Positions 49,940 through 59,826 of a stretch of DNA of 64,000 nt are shown here, one piece after another. Origin of the DNA: Alphaproteobacteria bacterium (GTDB taxonomy: Bacteria; Pseudomonadota; Alphaproteobacteria; UBA7887); the NCBI GenBank assembly GCA_965216755.1, contig CBDCGL010000011.1:3360001-3424000 (forward strand). Reading direction: 5' to 3'. Each line of letters opens with the position of its first letter. Position 1 is the stretch's first letter. The notes beneath the pieces are model-generated. The model did not search any database. It saw nothing but the letters and a program-made list of their open reading frames with translations, and was not told the origin of the DNA. The translations under genes and the position numbers were made by a program.

Positions 49940-50878
49940 ATGCCAAGTTCAAACTTTTACGCCGGCATGCCGCTCGATCGCGCCGACCAAATGCGCCGCG
50001 ACGAAAACGCTCTGGCGGTGCTTAGGCGCCATCCGCGCGTGCGCGTGCTGCCCGTGTGGCGATACCGCCATCCGCTGACCCACGTCTCCGACGCGATGCG
50101 TACGCCGCGGCCACTTTGGCAGCACGGCCCGGGCGCGCATGGCTTGTTGTCGGAATCATGGACGTGGGTGTTGCTGGGGATCGAAGGCGATGTGCCGCAT
50201 TTCGCCGTCGACGTCTCGGCTATGGACGAATCGGAGGCTCAGCGCGCTTTCGCGGCCGAGGGCGCCTACCAGGATTTGCGCGCCATCGGCCCGCTGCTTG
50301 ATCGGGCGCAAGGTTCGGTGATGGCCTATGCGCGTGGGCTGCTCTATTGGCATGCGCGCCACGGATTTTGCGGTGTTTGCGGCCATCCCACGCGCAGTGT
50401 CGCTGGCGGACATGTGCGCCGTTGCACCAACGTCGATTGCGCAACCGATCATTTTCCCCGCACGGATCCCGCGATCATCGTTCTGGTGGCCTATCAGGAC
50501 CATTGTCTGCTGGGCCGACAGAGCCGCTTTCCGCCCGGCATGCATTCGACTTTGGCGGGGTTTGTCGAACCGGGCGAAAGCTTGGAAGAAACCGTTTGCC
50601 GCGAAGTGTTCGAGGAAGCTGGCGTGCGGGTTGTCGGGCGGCCTGTTTATCAGTCGTCCCAGCCCTGGCCGTTCCCGGCGTCACTGATGTTGGGATTCAT
50701 CGCCGAAGCCGAAGACATGTCGCTGAACGTCGATACCAACGAGCTGGAAAGTGCCGGATGGTTCGCGCGCGCACAGCTGCTGTGCTCACCAGAAGACGAA
50801 AGCTTTCGTTTGCCGCGCAAGGACTCGATCGCCCGCCGTTTGGTCGATGACTGGTTGTTTGGGCGCATGCGCAGCTAG
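49940..50878 (+). CDS. nudC: NAD(+) diphosphatase
   Basis: FCGVCG zinc finger, FPRTDP, Nudix box GFVEPGESLEETVCREVFEEAG, SQPWPFP. Confidence 0.95.
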   Translation: MPSSNFYAGMPLDRADQMRRDENALAVLRRHPRVRVLPVWRYRHPLTHVSDAMRTPRPLWQHGPGAHGLLSESWTWVLLGIEGDVPHFAVDVSAMDESEAQRAFAAEGAYQDLRAIGPLLDRAQGSVMAYARGLLYWHARHGFCGVCGHPTRSVAGGHVRRCTNVDCATDHFPRTDPAIIVLVAYQDHCLLGRQSRFPPGMHSTLAGFVEPGESLEETVCREVFEEAGVRVVGRPVYQSSQPWPFPASLMLGFIAEAEDMSLNVDTNELESAGWFARAQLLCSPEDESFRLPRKDSIARRLVDDWLFGRMRS

Positions 50879-50905
50879 CTTTCCAACCACGCGTTATTTC
50901 AGTGT

Positions 50906-50994
50906 TTCGGTGACAGTTTACTAAATACGCGATATAAGGTGGTCGAGAGATATAGAGCCACGAAATGTAGTGTATTTAGTAAACTGTCACCGAA
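50906..50994. repeat. Perfect 23-bp inverted repeat element (MITE/REPIN-like)
   Basis: TTCGGTGACAGTTTACTAAATAC (50906-50928) and exact reverse complement (50972-50994), 43-nt spacer, AT-rich. Confidence 0.85.
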
Positions 50995-51871
50995 GTAAAG
51001 TGCACCCGCTTTGCGCCCGCGCGTTTTCCAGCCTGAACGGTGAGGCCGGGTAGACGCCCAGCGTGCGCACTTCGCGGGAAAAGAAGCCGAGCTCTTGCAA
51101 CGCCAAGCCGACAGCCGGTGTGCTGGGATGGCCTTCGATGTCGGCGTAAAACTGAGTCGAGGTGAACGAGCCGCCGACCATGTAGCTCTCCAGCTTGACC
51201 ATATTGACGCCGTTGGTCGCGAAACCGCCCATCGCCTTGTACAGCGCGGCCGGAATGTTGCGCACCTTGAAGACGAAGGTGGTCAAGATCAGCCCGCTGT
51301 CGGGATCGGGATCGATCGGTTCACGCGCCAACAGCACAAACCGCGTGGTGTTGTGCGCGGCGTCCTCGATGTCAGACTTGAGGATCTCCAGGCCATAGAT
51401 TTCCGCCGCCAGACTTGAGGCGATAGCCGCCGCGCCGGAATTGTCGCCAGCCGCCAGCGCGGCCGCGGCGCCGGCCGTGTCCGGCGCGATATGTGGTTCG
51501 ACGCCCAGGTCGCGCAGTGTGCCGCGGCATTGCGCGAGGGCGTGGATGTGGCTGAACACGTGCTTGATGTCGGACAGTTTGGTGCCGGGTCGGGCAAGCA
51601 GTTGGTGATTGACCCGTTCAAAATGCTCACCGACGATATGAAGGCCGGAATCGGGCAGGAGATGATGAATATCGGCGACACGGCCGGCGACCGAGTTCTC
51701 GATCGGAATCATGGCCAAAGCCGCTTTGCCGTCCTCGATGGCGGCAAATGTGTCCTCGAACGTATCGCAGGGCAGCGGCGTCAGTTCCGGATGGGCAGCG
51801 CGGCAGGCCATGTTGGAATAGGCGCCAGGCTTGCCCTGAAACGCGATCAATCGGTCTGCGTTATCTGCCAT
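50987..51871 (-). CDS. pheA: Prephenate dehydratase
   Basis: AFQGKPGAYS, PIENSVAG, SHIHALAQC, NTTRF, ACT domain KLESY. Confidence 0.95.
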   Translation of the reverse strand: MADNADRLIAFQGKPGAYSNMACRAAHPELTPLPCDTFEDTFAAIEDGKAALAMIPIENSVAGRVADIHHLLPDSGLHIVGEHFERVNHQLLARPGTKLSDIKHVFSHIHALAQCRGTLRDLGVEPHIAPDTAGAAAALAAGDNSGAAAIASSLAAEIYGLEILKSDIEDAAHNTTRFVLLAREPIDPDPDSGLILTTFVFKVRNIPAALYKAMGGFATNGVNMVKLESYMVGGSFTSTQFYADIEGHPSTPAVGLALQELGFFSREVRTLGVYPASPFRLENARAQSGCTLLR

Positions 51872-51935
51872 ATTCTCTTGCCTCATCTATCGCGCCTTTG
51901 TCGGCGGCTCCGGCGCCTGGCCCAAGCCGGTCGCG

Positions 51936-51964
51936 ACACTACAGTGCTGCGCGGACGCTCTCAA
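51936..51964 (-). promoter_or_regulatory. Putative sigma70 promoter of pheA
   Basis: TTGAGA-N17-TAGTGT. Confidence 0.5.
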
Positions 51965-51996
51965 TGGCGGCCCTTCGAAACCTACAACGCCAGAAA

Positions 51997-52767
51997 TCAA
52001 AGCAATGCCGTCACGGTTGCTTCCAAGCGGGCGATATCGTCGGGTTCGCTCAGGCGGTGATCGCCGTGTTTGACCAGCGTCACGGTCACGTCGCGGCCGG
52101 CCAGTGCATTGCTGAGGCGCAGTGCCGTTTGCCACGGCACGGCGGTATCCTTCATGCCATGCAAAATACGCACGGGGCAATGGATTGGAATTTCCGTGTC
52201 CATCATGGCGTGTTGATTGCCGTCGTCGATCAACGCGTGGGTGATGACATAGGGACCATCGTCATATTCCGACGGCAGTTCTATTTGGCCGTCGCGCGCC
52301 AGCGCTTGGCGTTGGGCGGTGGACAATTCCTCGGCCATCATGCGCCGGGTAAAGTCCGGTGCCGGCGCGATGCCGACCAAGCCGTGCAGGCGCTGCGGTC
52401 GGGCGCGGGCCACCAGAAGCATGATCCAGCCGCCCATGCTGGATCCGACCAGCACTTGCGGGCCCTCCGTCAGCGCGTCGACAATGGCGATGGCGTCGTC
52501 GGCCCAGCGGCCGATGGTGCCGTCGGCGAAGCGACCCGATGACTGGCCATGGCCCTGATAGTCAAAACGAACGAAGGCTTGACCGCGATTCCGGCACATG
52601 GCTTCCAACGCGGTCGCCTTGGTCCCGGTCATGTCGGACATGAAGCCGCCCAGGAACACCACCCCGGGGGCGCGGCCAGGCGTTCTCACATAGGCGATGT
52701 TCTCGCCGTCGAGACGGTCGAGCCGGCCGACTGTCGGCGTTTCTGAATCGGTCACAATATCATCCAC
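51997..52767 (-). CDS. Alpha/beta hydrolase (ABHD10-like)
   Basis: GFMSDMTGTKA, FDYQGHG, GSSMGGW, HGMKD, GDHRLS. Confidence 0.92.
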   Translation of the reverse strand: MDDIVTDSETPTVGRLDRLDGENIAYVRTPGRAPGVVFLGGFMSDMTGTKATALEAMCRNRGQAFVRFDYQGHGQSSGRFADGTIGRWADDAIAIVDALTEGPQVLVGSSMGGWIMLLVARARPQRLHGLVGIAPAPDFTRRMMAEELSTAQRQALARDGQIELPSEYDDGPYVITHALIDDGNQHAMMDTEIPIHCPVRILHGMKDTAVPWQTALRLSNALAGRDVTVTLVKHGDHRLSEPDDIARLEATVTALL

Positions 52768-52837
52768 TTCGATTTGTCATCACTGCGCTTTCGCGTGGAC
52801 GCGGCCATGGGCTATCGTGCGGCGTCAAACTGGGGGC

Positions 52838-54013
52838 ATGTTCAAACACATGGCTGGGGATCGCGCATTGGACGGCGCCCGTCAACCCGTAGTGTTGCAG
52901 GTCTTGCCGCATCTGGACGCGGGCGGTGTCGTTCGCGGCGCCATCGATGTCGCCGCGGCGCAAGCCGCGGCAGGGTGGACACCGCTGGTGGCCTCGCGCG
53001 GCGGTCGTGGCGCGCAAGAATTGGCACGGGTGGGGGCGACTCATATGGCGCTGCCGCTGGACACAAAGAACCCGTTGCGCATGCGTGCCAATGCGGCGCG
53101 CTTGGCGCATTTGATCCGGGTTCAGGGCGTTGATTTGATTCATGCACGCAGCCGGGCACCAGCGTGGAGCGCGTGGGCCGCCGCCCGCCGCACGAATGTA
53201 CCGCTGGTGACCACGTTCCACGGCACCTATGGACACGGCACGCCATTTAAGCGGTGGTACAACAAGGTCATGACCCGCGGCCACGTCGTCATCGCGATTT
53301 CGCGGCATATTGCCGCGCATATCGAACAGGTTTATGGCGTCGCCGGCGACCGCGTGCGAGTGATCCCGCGTGGCATTGACCCGGACATGTTTGACGCCAA
53401 GCGGATTCACCACGAACGCTTGGAACGTTTGGCGAAAGCCTGGCGTCTGGTCGACGGCGTGCCGGTGATTGTGTTGCCCGGGCGCCTGACTCGCTGGAAA
53501 GGGCACGCCGTGTTGATCGAAGCGCTCGCCAAGCTCGGCCGCACGGATATCTGTTGCGTGCTGGTCGGCGACGCCCAAGGCCGTGACGGCTATGTCGCCG
53601 CGCTCAATCGGTTGGTTGCAAAGCACCATCTCGAATCGGTCGTGCGTATTGCCGGGCCCTGCGATGATATGCCGGCGGCCTACATGCTGTCCGACATCGT
53701 GGTGTCGGCGTCGACCGATCCCGAGGCTTTCGGCCGGGTGCCGGTGGAGGCGCAGGCGATGGGGGTGCCGGTGATTGTCACCGACCATGGCGGCGCGCGC
53801 GAGACGGTCATTGCCGACGAAACAGGTTGGCTGGTCCCGCCCGGCGACCCGAACGCCTTGGCCAGCGCCTTGTCGACGGTCTTGTCGCTGTCTCCGGCGC
53901 GCCGCGACGCGGTCGCCTATCGGGCGGTCGATCATGTTCGCGCCAATTTCAACAAAACGACCATGTGCGCACAGACCATGGCAGTCTATCGTGAGTTGCT
54001 GGGCCGTGGCTGA
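52838..54013 (+). CDS. Glycosyltransferase family 4 (LPS core-type)
   Basis: LQVLP, HARSRAPAW, TTFHG, GRLTRWKG, PEAFGRVPVEAQAMG. Confidence 0.9.
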   Translation: MFKHMAGDRALDGARQPVVLQVLPHLDAGGVVRGAIDVAAAQAAAGWTPLVASRGGRGAQELARVGATHMALPLDTKNPLRMRANAARLAHLIRVQGVDLIHARSRAPAWSAWAAARRTNVPLVTTFHGTYGHGTPFKRWYNKVMTRGHVVIAISRHIAAHIEQVYGVAGDRVRVIPRGIDPDMFDAKRIHHERLERLAKAWRLVDGVPVIVLPGRLTRWKGHAVLIEALAKLGRTDICCVLVGDAQGRDGYVAALNRLVAKHHLESVVRIAGPCDDMPAAYMLSDIVVSASTDPEAFGRVPVEAQAMGVPVIVTDHGGARETVIADETGWLVPPGDPNALASALSTVLSLSPARRDAVAYRAVDHVRANFNKTTMCAQTMAVYRELLGRG

Positions 54014-54971
54014 GCAACAGGCAGAGGCGCGCGCTGGCACTGGTCGCATCCTGGTGATCAAACATGCCGCGCTGGGTGATTTCATCCAGGCCTGCGGGCC
54101 GTTCGCGGCCATCCGTCGCTACCATGCCGATCGGCATATCACGCTGATGACGACGCCCACTTTTGCCGATCTCGGCGCGGCCAGCGGTTATTTTGACGCT
54201 GTGTGGATCGACGATCGGCCCAGCTGGCGGCGGCCCTTGGCGTGGTGGCGCTTGCGCCGCAAACTATTGGCTGGCCGGTTCGCGCGTGTTTACGACCTGC
54301 AAACATCCGATCGCACGGCGGCCTATTTTCACGTGTTGCCGCGGGCGCGACGGCCCGAATGGTCGGGCCACGTGGCCGGTTGCTCGCATCGCCACGTCGA
54401 CCCGGCGCGTGATTCTATGCACACGATTGATCGCCAGGCCGCCCAGTTGCGCGCGGCCGGCATCAATGCTGTTCCGCCGCCCGACATGTCGTGGCTGCGC
54501 GGTGACGTCGACGCGTTTTTGAAAGGTGGCCCGTGCGCGCTGTTGGTGCCCGGCAGCACGCCCAATCGCCCCGAAAAGCGCTGGCCCGGCGATTCTTTTG
54601 CAGCGCTCGCGGAAAAATTGACGGCCACCGGGCTGGTGCCGTTTGTGATCGGCACCGCCAACGAGGCCGCACTGATGGATCGCATTGCGGCCGCGGTTCC
54701 GGGCGCGGTCAATCTGTGCGGCAGAACATCGCTCGGACAGATCGCCAGCTTGGCGCGCGCCGCGACGGTGGCGATCGGCAACGACACCGGACCCATGCAT
54801 ATCATTGCCCAAGCCGGCTGCCCGTCGTTGGTGTTGTTCAGCGCCCATTCTGATCCCGCATTGTGCGCGCCGCGTGGTGCAAATGTGACCGTGCTACGCG
54901 GCGCGCCGCTATCGGACGTCTCCGTCGCGGCGGTCTGGCGCCAGGTCGAACCGTGGGCCGTGGCGGCTTGA
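54006..54971 (+). CDS. Glycosyltransferase family 9 (heptosyltransferase-like)
   Basis: ILVIKHAALGD, YDLQ, KRWP, GNDTGPMH. Confidence 0.9.
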   Translation: MAEQQAEARAGTGRILVIKHAALGDFIQACGPFAAIRRYHADRHITLMTTPTFADLGAASGYFDAVWIDDRPSWRRPLAWWRLRRKLLAGRFARVYDLQTSDRTAAYFHVLPRARRPEWSGHVAGCSHRHVDPARDSMHTIDRQAAQLRAAGINAVPPPDMSWLRGDVDAFLKGGPCALLVPGSTPNRPEKRWPGDSFAALAEKLTATGLVPFVIGTANEAALMDRIAAAVPGAVNLCGRTSLGQIASLARAATVAIGNDTGPMHIIAQAGCPSLVLFSAHSDPALCAPRGANVTVLRGAPLSDVSVAAVWRQVEPWAVAA

Positions 54972-54996
54972 CAGCATCGCCGTGAGTTCTCATGTT
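54968..54996 (+). promoter_or_regulatory. Putative sigma70 promoter of thrS
   Basis: TTGACA-N17-CATGTT; the -35 overlaps the GT9 stop. Confidence 0.55.
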
Positions 54997-55043
54997 CCGC
55001 GGTCGGTTGCCAATGTCGCAACCAACTGCGATTTTCTCGGTAC

Positions 55044-57002
55044 GTGACCAATCTGGAGCCGTGGGCGTTGGCAACCTTGGCCGCCTCAACAACCATTACC
55101 CTGACCCTGCCCGACGGCAGCACCCGCGCGCTGCCGCAACCGGCCACCGGCGCCGATGTGGCGGCGGCGATCGGCCCCGGCTTGGCCAAAGCAGCCTTGG
55201 CCATTCGCGTTGACGGTGAGTTGCGTGATCTAAGCCGCGAAATTGAAAGCGACGCCGCGGTCGCCATCGTCACCGCGCGCGATGGGGAAGGCTTGGATCT
55301 GATCCGCCACGACGCCGCGCATGTCTTGGCCGAAGCCGCCAAAGAACTGTGGCCCGACATTCAAGTGACCATCGGACCGGTGATCGAAGATGGTTTCTAC
55401 TATGACTTTTCGCGGGCGACGCCGTTCACGCCCGACGATCTGGAGGCCATGGAAACCCGCATGCGCGAGATTGTCGATCGCGACGAGCCGATCACCCGCG
55501 AGGTTTGGGACCGTCACGATGCCATCGCGTTCTTCGAACAGCAGGGCGAAAAATACAAAGCACAAATCATTCGCGATCTGCCCGACGACCAGGTGATCAC
55601 GATCTACCGTCAGGGCGGCTTTACCGATCTATGCCGGGGCCCGCATTTGCCGTCGACCGGCAGACTCGGCAAGGCGTTCAAGCTGATGAAGATCGCCGGC
55701 GCGTATTGGCGCGGCGACAGTCGCAACGAAATGCTGCAGCGGGTCTATGGAACCGCCTGGAGTAGCGAAAAGGACCTGAAGGCCTATCTGCATCGCTTGC
55801 AGGAAGCTGAGCGGCGCGATCATCGCCGCCTGGGCCGTGAGATGGGTCTGTTTCACTTCCAGGAAGAGGCCGTCGGCAGCGTGTTTTGGCATCCTGATGG
55901 CTGGACGCTCAATTGCGTGATCCGCGGCTATATGCGGCGGCGTCTGGAGGCCGGCGGCTACCGCGAGGTCAACACGCCGTCAATGATCGACCGCGGGCTA
56001 TGGGAAGCGTCGGGTCACTGGGAAAAGTTTCGCGAGCATATGTTTATCGCGGAATCCGAAGATCGCATTTTGGCGCTGAAGCCGATGAATTGTCCGGGCC
56101 ATGTCCAGATCTTCCGACAAGGCTTGAAGAGTTACCGCGATTTGCCGCTGCGGTTGGCGGAATTTGGCTCGTGTCACCGCAACGAACCGTCGGGCGCCCT
56201 GCATGGTCTCATGCGTGTGCGCGCATTCGTCCAAGACGACGCGCATATATTTTGCACCGAAGATCAAATTACCGACGAAACGATTCGGTTTTGCGACCTG
56301 CTGACCCAGATCTATCGTGATTTCGGTTTTGAAGAGGTGACCGTTAAGTTTTCTGATCGGCCCGAACTACGTACTGGCGACGATTCGACTTGGGACCGAG
56401 CGGAACAAGCGTTGGTGGCGGCGTGCGACGCGGCCGGCTTGGCGCACAGCCTGAATCCGGGTGAAGGGGCGTTCTATGGCCCGAAACTGGAGTTCGTGTT
56501 GCGCGACGCGATCGGCCGCGATTGGCAATGCGGTACCTTGCAGGTTGACTTTGTCCTGCCGGAACGGCTCGACGCACACTTTGTCGGCGAAGACGGCGAG
56601 CGCCATCGACCGGTGATGCTGCACCGCGCGATTTTAGGGTCGTTTGAACGCTTTATCGGCATATTGATCGAAAACTACGCGGGTCGCTTGCCGATGTGGT
56701 TGGCGCCAGTGCAAGCGGTCGTTGCCACGATTACCTCGGACGGCGACCCATATGCCAGCGAAGTGCATAATGTCATGACCGCCGCCGGCGTGCGGACCTC
56801 ACTGGATTTGCGCAACGAAAAGATTAATTACAAAGTGAGAGAGCATTCGTTGGCCAAGGTTCCCGCCATCTTGGTGGTCGGCCGACGCGAAGCGGAGCAG
56901 GGCGCGGTGTCCATCCGCTGGCTCGGCCGCAAGGACCAAGAGGTGCTTGCGCTCAACGACGCTGTTCAGAAACTTGTTGAAACGGCGGCACCACCTGCGT
57001 GA
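55044..57002 (+). CDS. thrS: Threonyl-tRNA synthetase
   Basis: TGS domain, [33 protein letters not shown]; start may be TTG 55068. Confidence 0.97.
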   Translation: MTNLEPWALATLAASTTITLTLPDGSTRALPQPATGADVAAAIGPGLAKAALAIRVDGELRDLSREIESDAAVAIVTARDGEGLDLIRHDAAHVLAEAAKELWPDIQVTIGPVIEDGFYYDFSRATPFTPDDLEAMETRMREIVDRDEPITREVWDRHDAIAFFEQQGEKYKAQIIRDLPDDQVITIYRQGGFTDLCRGPHLPSTGRLGKAFKLMKIAGAYWRGDSRNEMLQRVYGTAWSSEKDLKAYLHRLQEAERRDHRRLGREMGLFHFQEEAVGSVFWHPDGWTLNCVIRGYMRRRLEAGGYREVNTPSMIDRGLWEASGHWEKFREHMFIAESEDRILALKPMNCPGHVQIFRQGLKSYRDLPLRLAEFGSCHRNEPSGALHGLMRVRAFVQDDAHIFCTEDQITDETIRFCDLLTQIYRDFGFEEVTVKFSDRPELRTGDDSTWDRAEQALVAACDAAGLAHSLNPGEGAFYGPKLEFVLRDAIGRDWQCGTLQVDFVLPERLDAHFVGEDGERHRPVMLHRAILGSFERFIGILIENYAGRLPMWLAPVQAVVATITSDGDPYASEVHNVMTAAGVRTSLDLRNEKINYKVREHSLAKVPAILVVGRREAEQGAVSIRWLGRKDQEVLALNDAVQKLVETAAPPA

Positions 57003-57169
57003 TGCTTTACGTGAGGCGCCATGGCGACATGGCGTGGCGAACGCCGCAAATCGGCGTTCGGCCATTTGGTAAACTTGCGTACGCGATAGCTCGCAAGCGC
57101 GAACGACAGGGAGTCAGTGCCATAAGGTTTCTTAGATTCGCCTGGCAATAGCAAAAGGAGGACCAGTTC

Positions 57170-57706
57170 ATCGCCAGATTCGCACCCCCGATACCACCAA
57201 CCCGCGACGGACCCCGTGTCAACGATCAGATTAGGGTCCCATCCGTACGACTCGTCGACGAAAAGGGGGAAAATGTCGGCGTCGTCAGTTTCCAAGATGC
57301 CATGTTACGCGCCGAAGCGGTTGGCCTCGACTTGGTCGAAGTGTCGCCGAATTCGGACCCGCCTGTTTGCAAGATCCTCGACTTCGGTAAGTTCAAGTAC
57401 GACGCTCAAAAGCGCGCCAGCGAAGCGCGCAAAAAGCAAAAGACCATCGACGTCAAGGAAATCAAGTTCCGTCCGGGCATCGATGAGCATGACTATGGCG
57501 TCAAGATGCGCAGCATTACGCGGTTCCTTGGCGAGGGCGACAAAGTCAAGGTGACCATGCGCTTTCGTGGCCGCGAAATGGCCCATCAAGACTTGGGCAT
57601 GAAGGTTTTGATGCGCGTCCGCGACGAACTTGATGAGCTTGGCAAGGTCGAACAGTTCCCGAAGTTGGAAGGCCGACAAATGACCATGGTGTTGGCCCCC
57701 AGATAA
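57170..57706 (+). CDS. infC: Translation initiation factor IF-3, ATC start
   Basis: Strong SD AAAGGAGGA then in-frame ATC; [15 protein letters not shown]-domain, [15 protein letters not shown]. Confidence 0.93.
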   Translation: MARFAPPIPPTRDGPRVNDQIRVPSVRLVDEKGENVGVVSFQDAMLRAEAVGLDLVEVSPNSDPPVCKILDFGKFKYDAQKRASEARKKQKTIDVKEIKFRPGIDEHDYGVKMRSITRFLGEGDKVKVTMRFRGREMAHQDLGMKVLMRVRDELDELGKVEQFPKLEGRQMTMVLAPR

Positions 57707-57868
57707 CCGGCCGCCGGCGGCGGCGAACCTTATCCCCGGTTTGACCGGGGCGGGATCTATGTGTTTTCTGTCTATCCGATCGGGTTGGCTGCCGCGCCGA
57801 TGCCGACACGCGTGTGTGCGCCGTTTGTCCGCTGCGTTGGGACCCGCGCGGGACCGGCAATACGTGGC

Positions 57869-57897
57869 TTGTCAAGCGGGGGGGCGGTCGCTATAAC
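57869..57897 (+). promoter_or_regulatory. sigma70 promoter of rpmI-rplT
   Basis: TTGTCA-N17-TATAAC. Confidence 0.7.
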
Positions 57898-57985
57898 CCA
57901 CGCTTCGTTTTCAACAACCTCCGTTGGACCAGCATCGGTGCCGTTGGCCGTGGCCGGTGTCTGCGCGAGGCGATGTGGGGCGGTC

Positions 57986-58186
57986 ATGCCGAAGCTGAAA
58001 AACAAGAGTGGTGCCAAGAAGCGGTTCCGCCTAACCGCGTCTGGGAAGGTGCGCATGAACCAGGCCGGCAAACGCCACGGCATGATTAAGCGCACCAAAA
58101 AATTCATTCGCAATCAGCGCGGCACAACGATCATGGCGGATGTCGATGCCCGCATCATAAAACGCAATTTTTTGCGGGTGCCCTAA
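57986..58186 (+). CDS. rpmI: 50S ribosomal protein L35
   Basis: [14 protein letters not shown]...AGKRH. Confidence 0.96.
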   Translation: MPKLKNKSGAKKRFRLTASGKVRMNQAGKRHGMIKRTKKFIRNQRGTTIMADVDARIIKRNFLRVP

Positions 58187-58204
58187 AGGACGTAGAGGGA
58201 AGCC

Positions 58205-58564
58205 ATGGCACGGGTCAAACGCGGCGTCACCAAGCACGCACGCCATCGCAAAGTTATCAAGGCGGCGAAGGGTTATTACGGGCGGCGCAAGAACACTATT
58301 CGCGTGGCACGGCAGGCGGTCGAAAAGGCCGGCCAATATGCCTATCGTGATCGGCGCAACCGCAAGCGCACATTTCGCGCCCTGTGGATTCAACGAATCA
58401 ATGCGGGCGCGCGCCAACATGGTTTGACCTACGCAACGTTTATCAATGGCATCGCCAAGGCCGGCATCGATTTGGATCGCAAGGTGCTGGCCGACTTGGC
58501 AGTGTCGGAGCCGGCCGCGTTCCAAGATTTGGCGGAGAAAGCGCGCGCCGCACTCGCCGGCTGA
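58205..58564 (+). CDS. rplT: 50S ribosomal protein L20
   Basis: [33 protein letters not shown]. Confidence 0.98.
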   Translation: MARVKRGVTKHARHRKVIKAAKGYYGRRKNTIRVARQAVEKAGQYAYRDRRNRKRTFRALWIQRINAGARQHGLTYATFINGIAKAGIDLDRKVLADLAVSEPAAFQDLAEKARAALAG

Positions 58565-58752
58565 CCGGGATCAACGACACGGCGTCTATCGGCCGGCCGA
58601 AGTCAACTGTGGCCGCGCGCGCAGGTTCGATATATTGGCAATCAACCCGACCGACCGGCGGCGGCGCCCTTCGCGTGGACCGCCCCGTGGGGCCGCAAAC
58701 AGAATTGATTCAATATTGTCGGATACTGCTCTAGCAGCGAGAAGTTCAAGAA

Positions 58753-59826
58753 ATGGATGTCGCTCGACTTCGCAAGGATGTGCTCGCCGCCATTGAGGCC
58801 GCGGCCGATGTCGACGCCCTGGACAGCGTACGTGTCGGCGCGCTTGGCAAGAAAGGCCAAGTCACGGGGCTGATGCGTGGCCTGGGTGCCATGTCACCGG
58901 AAGAACGCAAGCAAGCCGGGCCGCAATTCAATCAATTAAAGGACGACATCGTTGCGGCGCTCGAGGGGCGGCGGGCGGCACTGCAAGAAATGGAGCTTGA
59001 ACGGCGGCTGGCGTCGGAACGGATTGATGTGAGCGCCCCGCCGCGTCCTGATCACTTGGGTTCGATTCATCCGATCAGTCAGGTCTTGGACGAGGTGACC
59101 GAGATATTCGCCGACATGGGCTTCGCCATCGCCGAAGGCCCCGACATCGAAACCGATTACAACAACTTTACGGCGCTCAATATGCCACCGGAACATCCGG
59201 CGCGGCAGATGCACGATACGTTCTATTTGCCCGAAGGTGACGACGGCCATCGCCTGGTATTGCGAACGCACACCTCGCCTGTCCAGATCCGGACGATGAG
59301 CGCCGAAGATCCGCCACACCGCATCGTCATTCCCGGTCGCACCTATCGGCGCGATTATGACCTGACCCACACGCCGATGTTCCACCAGGTCGAGGGGCTG
59401 GTGGTCGATCGCGCGACCCATATGGGGCATTTGAAGGGGTGCTTGATCGATTTCGCGCGCGCTTTTTTCGAAGTGTCGGATCTGCCGCTACGCTTCCGTC
59501 CGAGCTATTTTCCGTTCACCGAACCATCGGCTGAGGTCGACATCGGCTGTGCCTATGAAGATGGCCAGTTTCGCATCGGTCCGGGTGAGGATTGGATGGA
59601 GATATTGGGCTGCGGCATGGTCAATCCGCGCGTGCTGTCCAATTGCGGACTCGATCCGGACGCGTTCCAAGGGTTCGCGTTCGGCATGGGCATCGATCGT
59701 ATCGCCATGCTGAAATATGGCATTCGCGATTTGCGTGCGTTCTTTGACTGCGATCTCAGATGGTTGCGTCACTATGGCTTTGCGGCCCTTGATATGCCGT
59801 CTTTGGGTCAAGGTTTAAGTCGATGA
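58753..59826 (+). CDS. pheS: Phenylalanyl-tRNA synthetase alpha subunit
   Basis: [36 protein letters not shown]. Confidence 0.97.
   Translation: MDVARLRKDVLAAIEAAADVDALDSVRVGALGKKGQVTGLMRGLGAMSPEERKQAGPQFNQLKDDIVAALEGRRAALQEMELERRLASERIDVSAPPRPDHLGSIHPISQVLDEVTEIFADMGFAIAEGPDIETDYNNFTALNMPPEHPARQMHDTFYLPEGDDGHRLVLRTHTSPVQIRTMSAEDPPHRIVIPGRTYRRDYDLTHTPMFHQVEGLVVDRATHMGHLKGCLIDFARAFFEVSDLPLRFRPSYFPFTEPSAEVDIGCAYEDGQFRIGPGEDWMEILGCGMVNPRVLSNCGLDPDAFQGFAFGMGIDRIAMLKYGIRDLRAFFDCDLRWLRHYGFAALDMPSLGQGLSR

Noticed and set aside
57734-57750. CCCCGGT-TTG-ACCGGGG hairpin after infC as a terminator
   Set aside because: No immediately following U-tract; function cannot be supported
58565-58752. pheM-like attenuator upstream of pheS
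   Set aside because: No Phe-rich leader peptide or terminator/antiterminator pair seen
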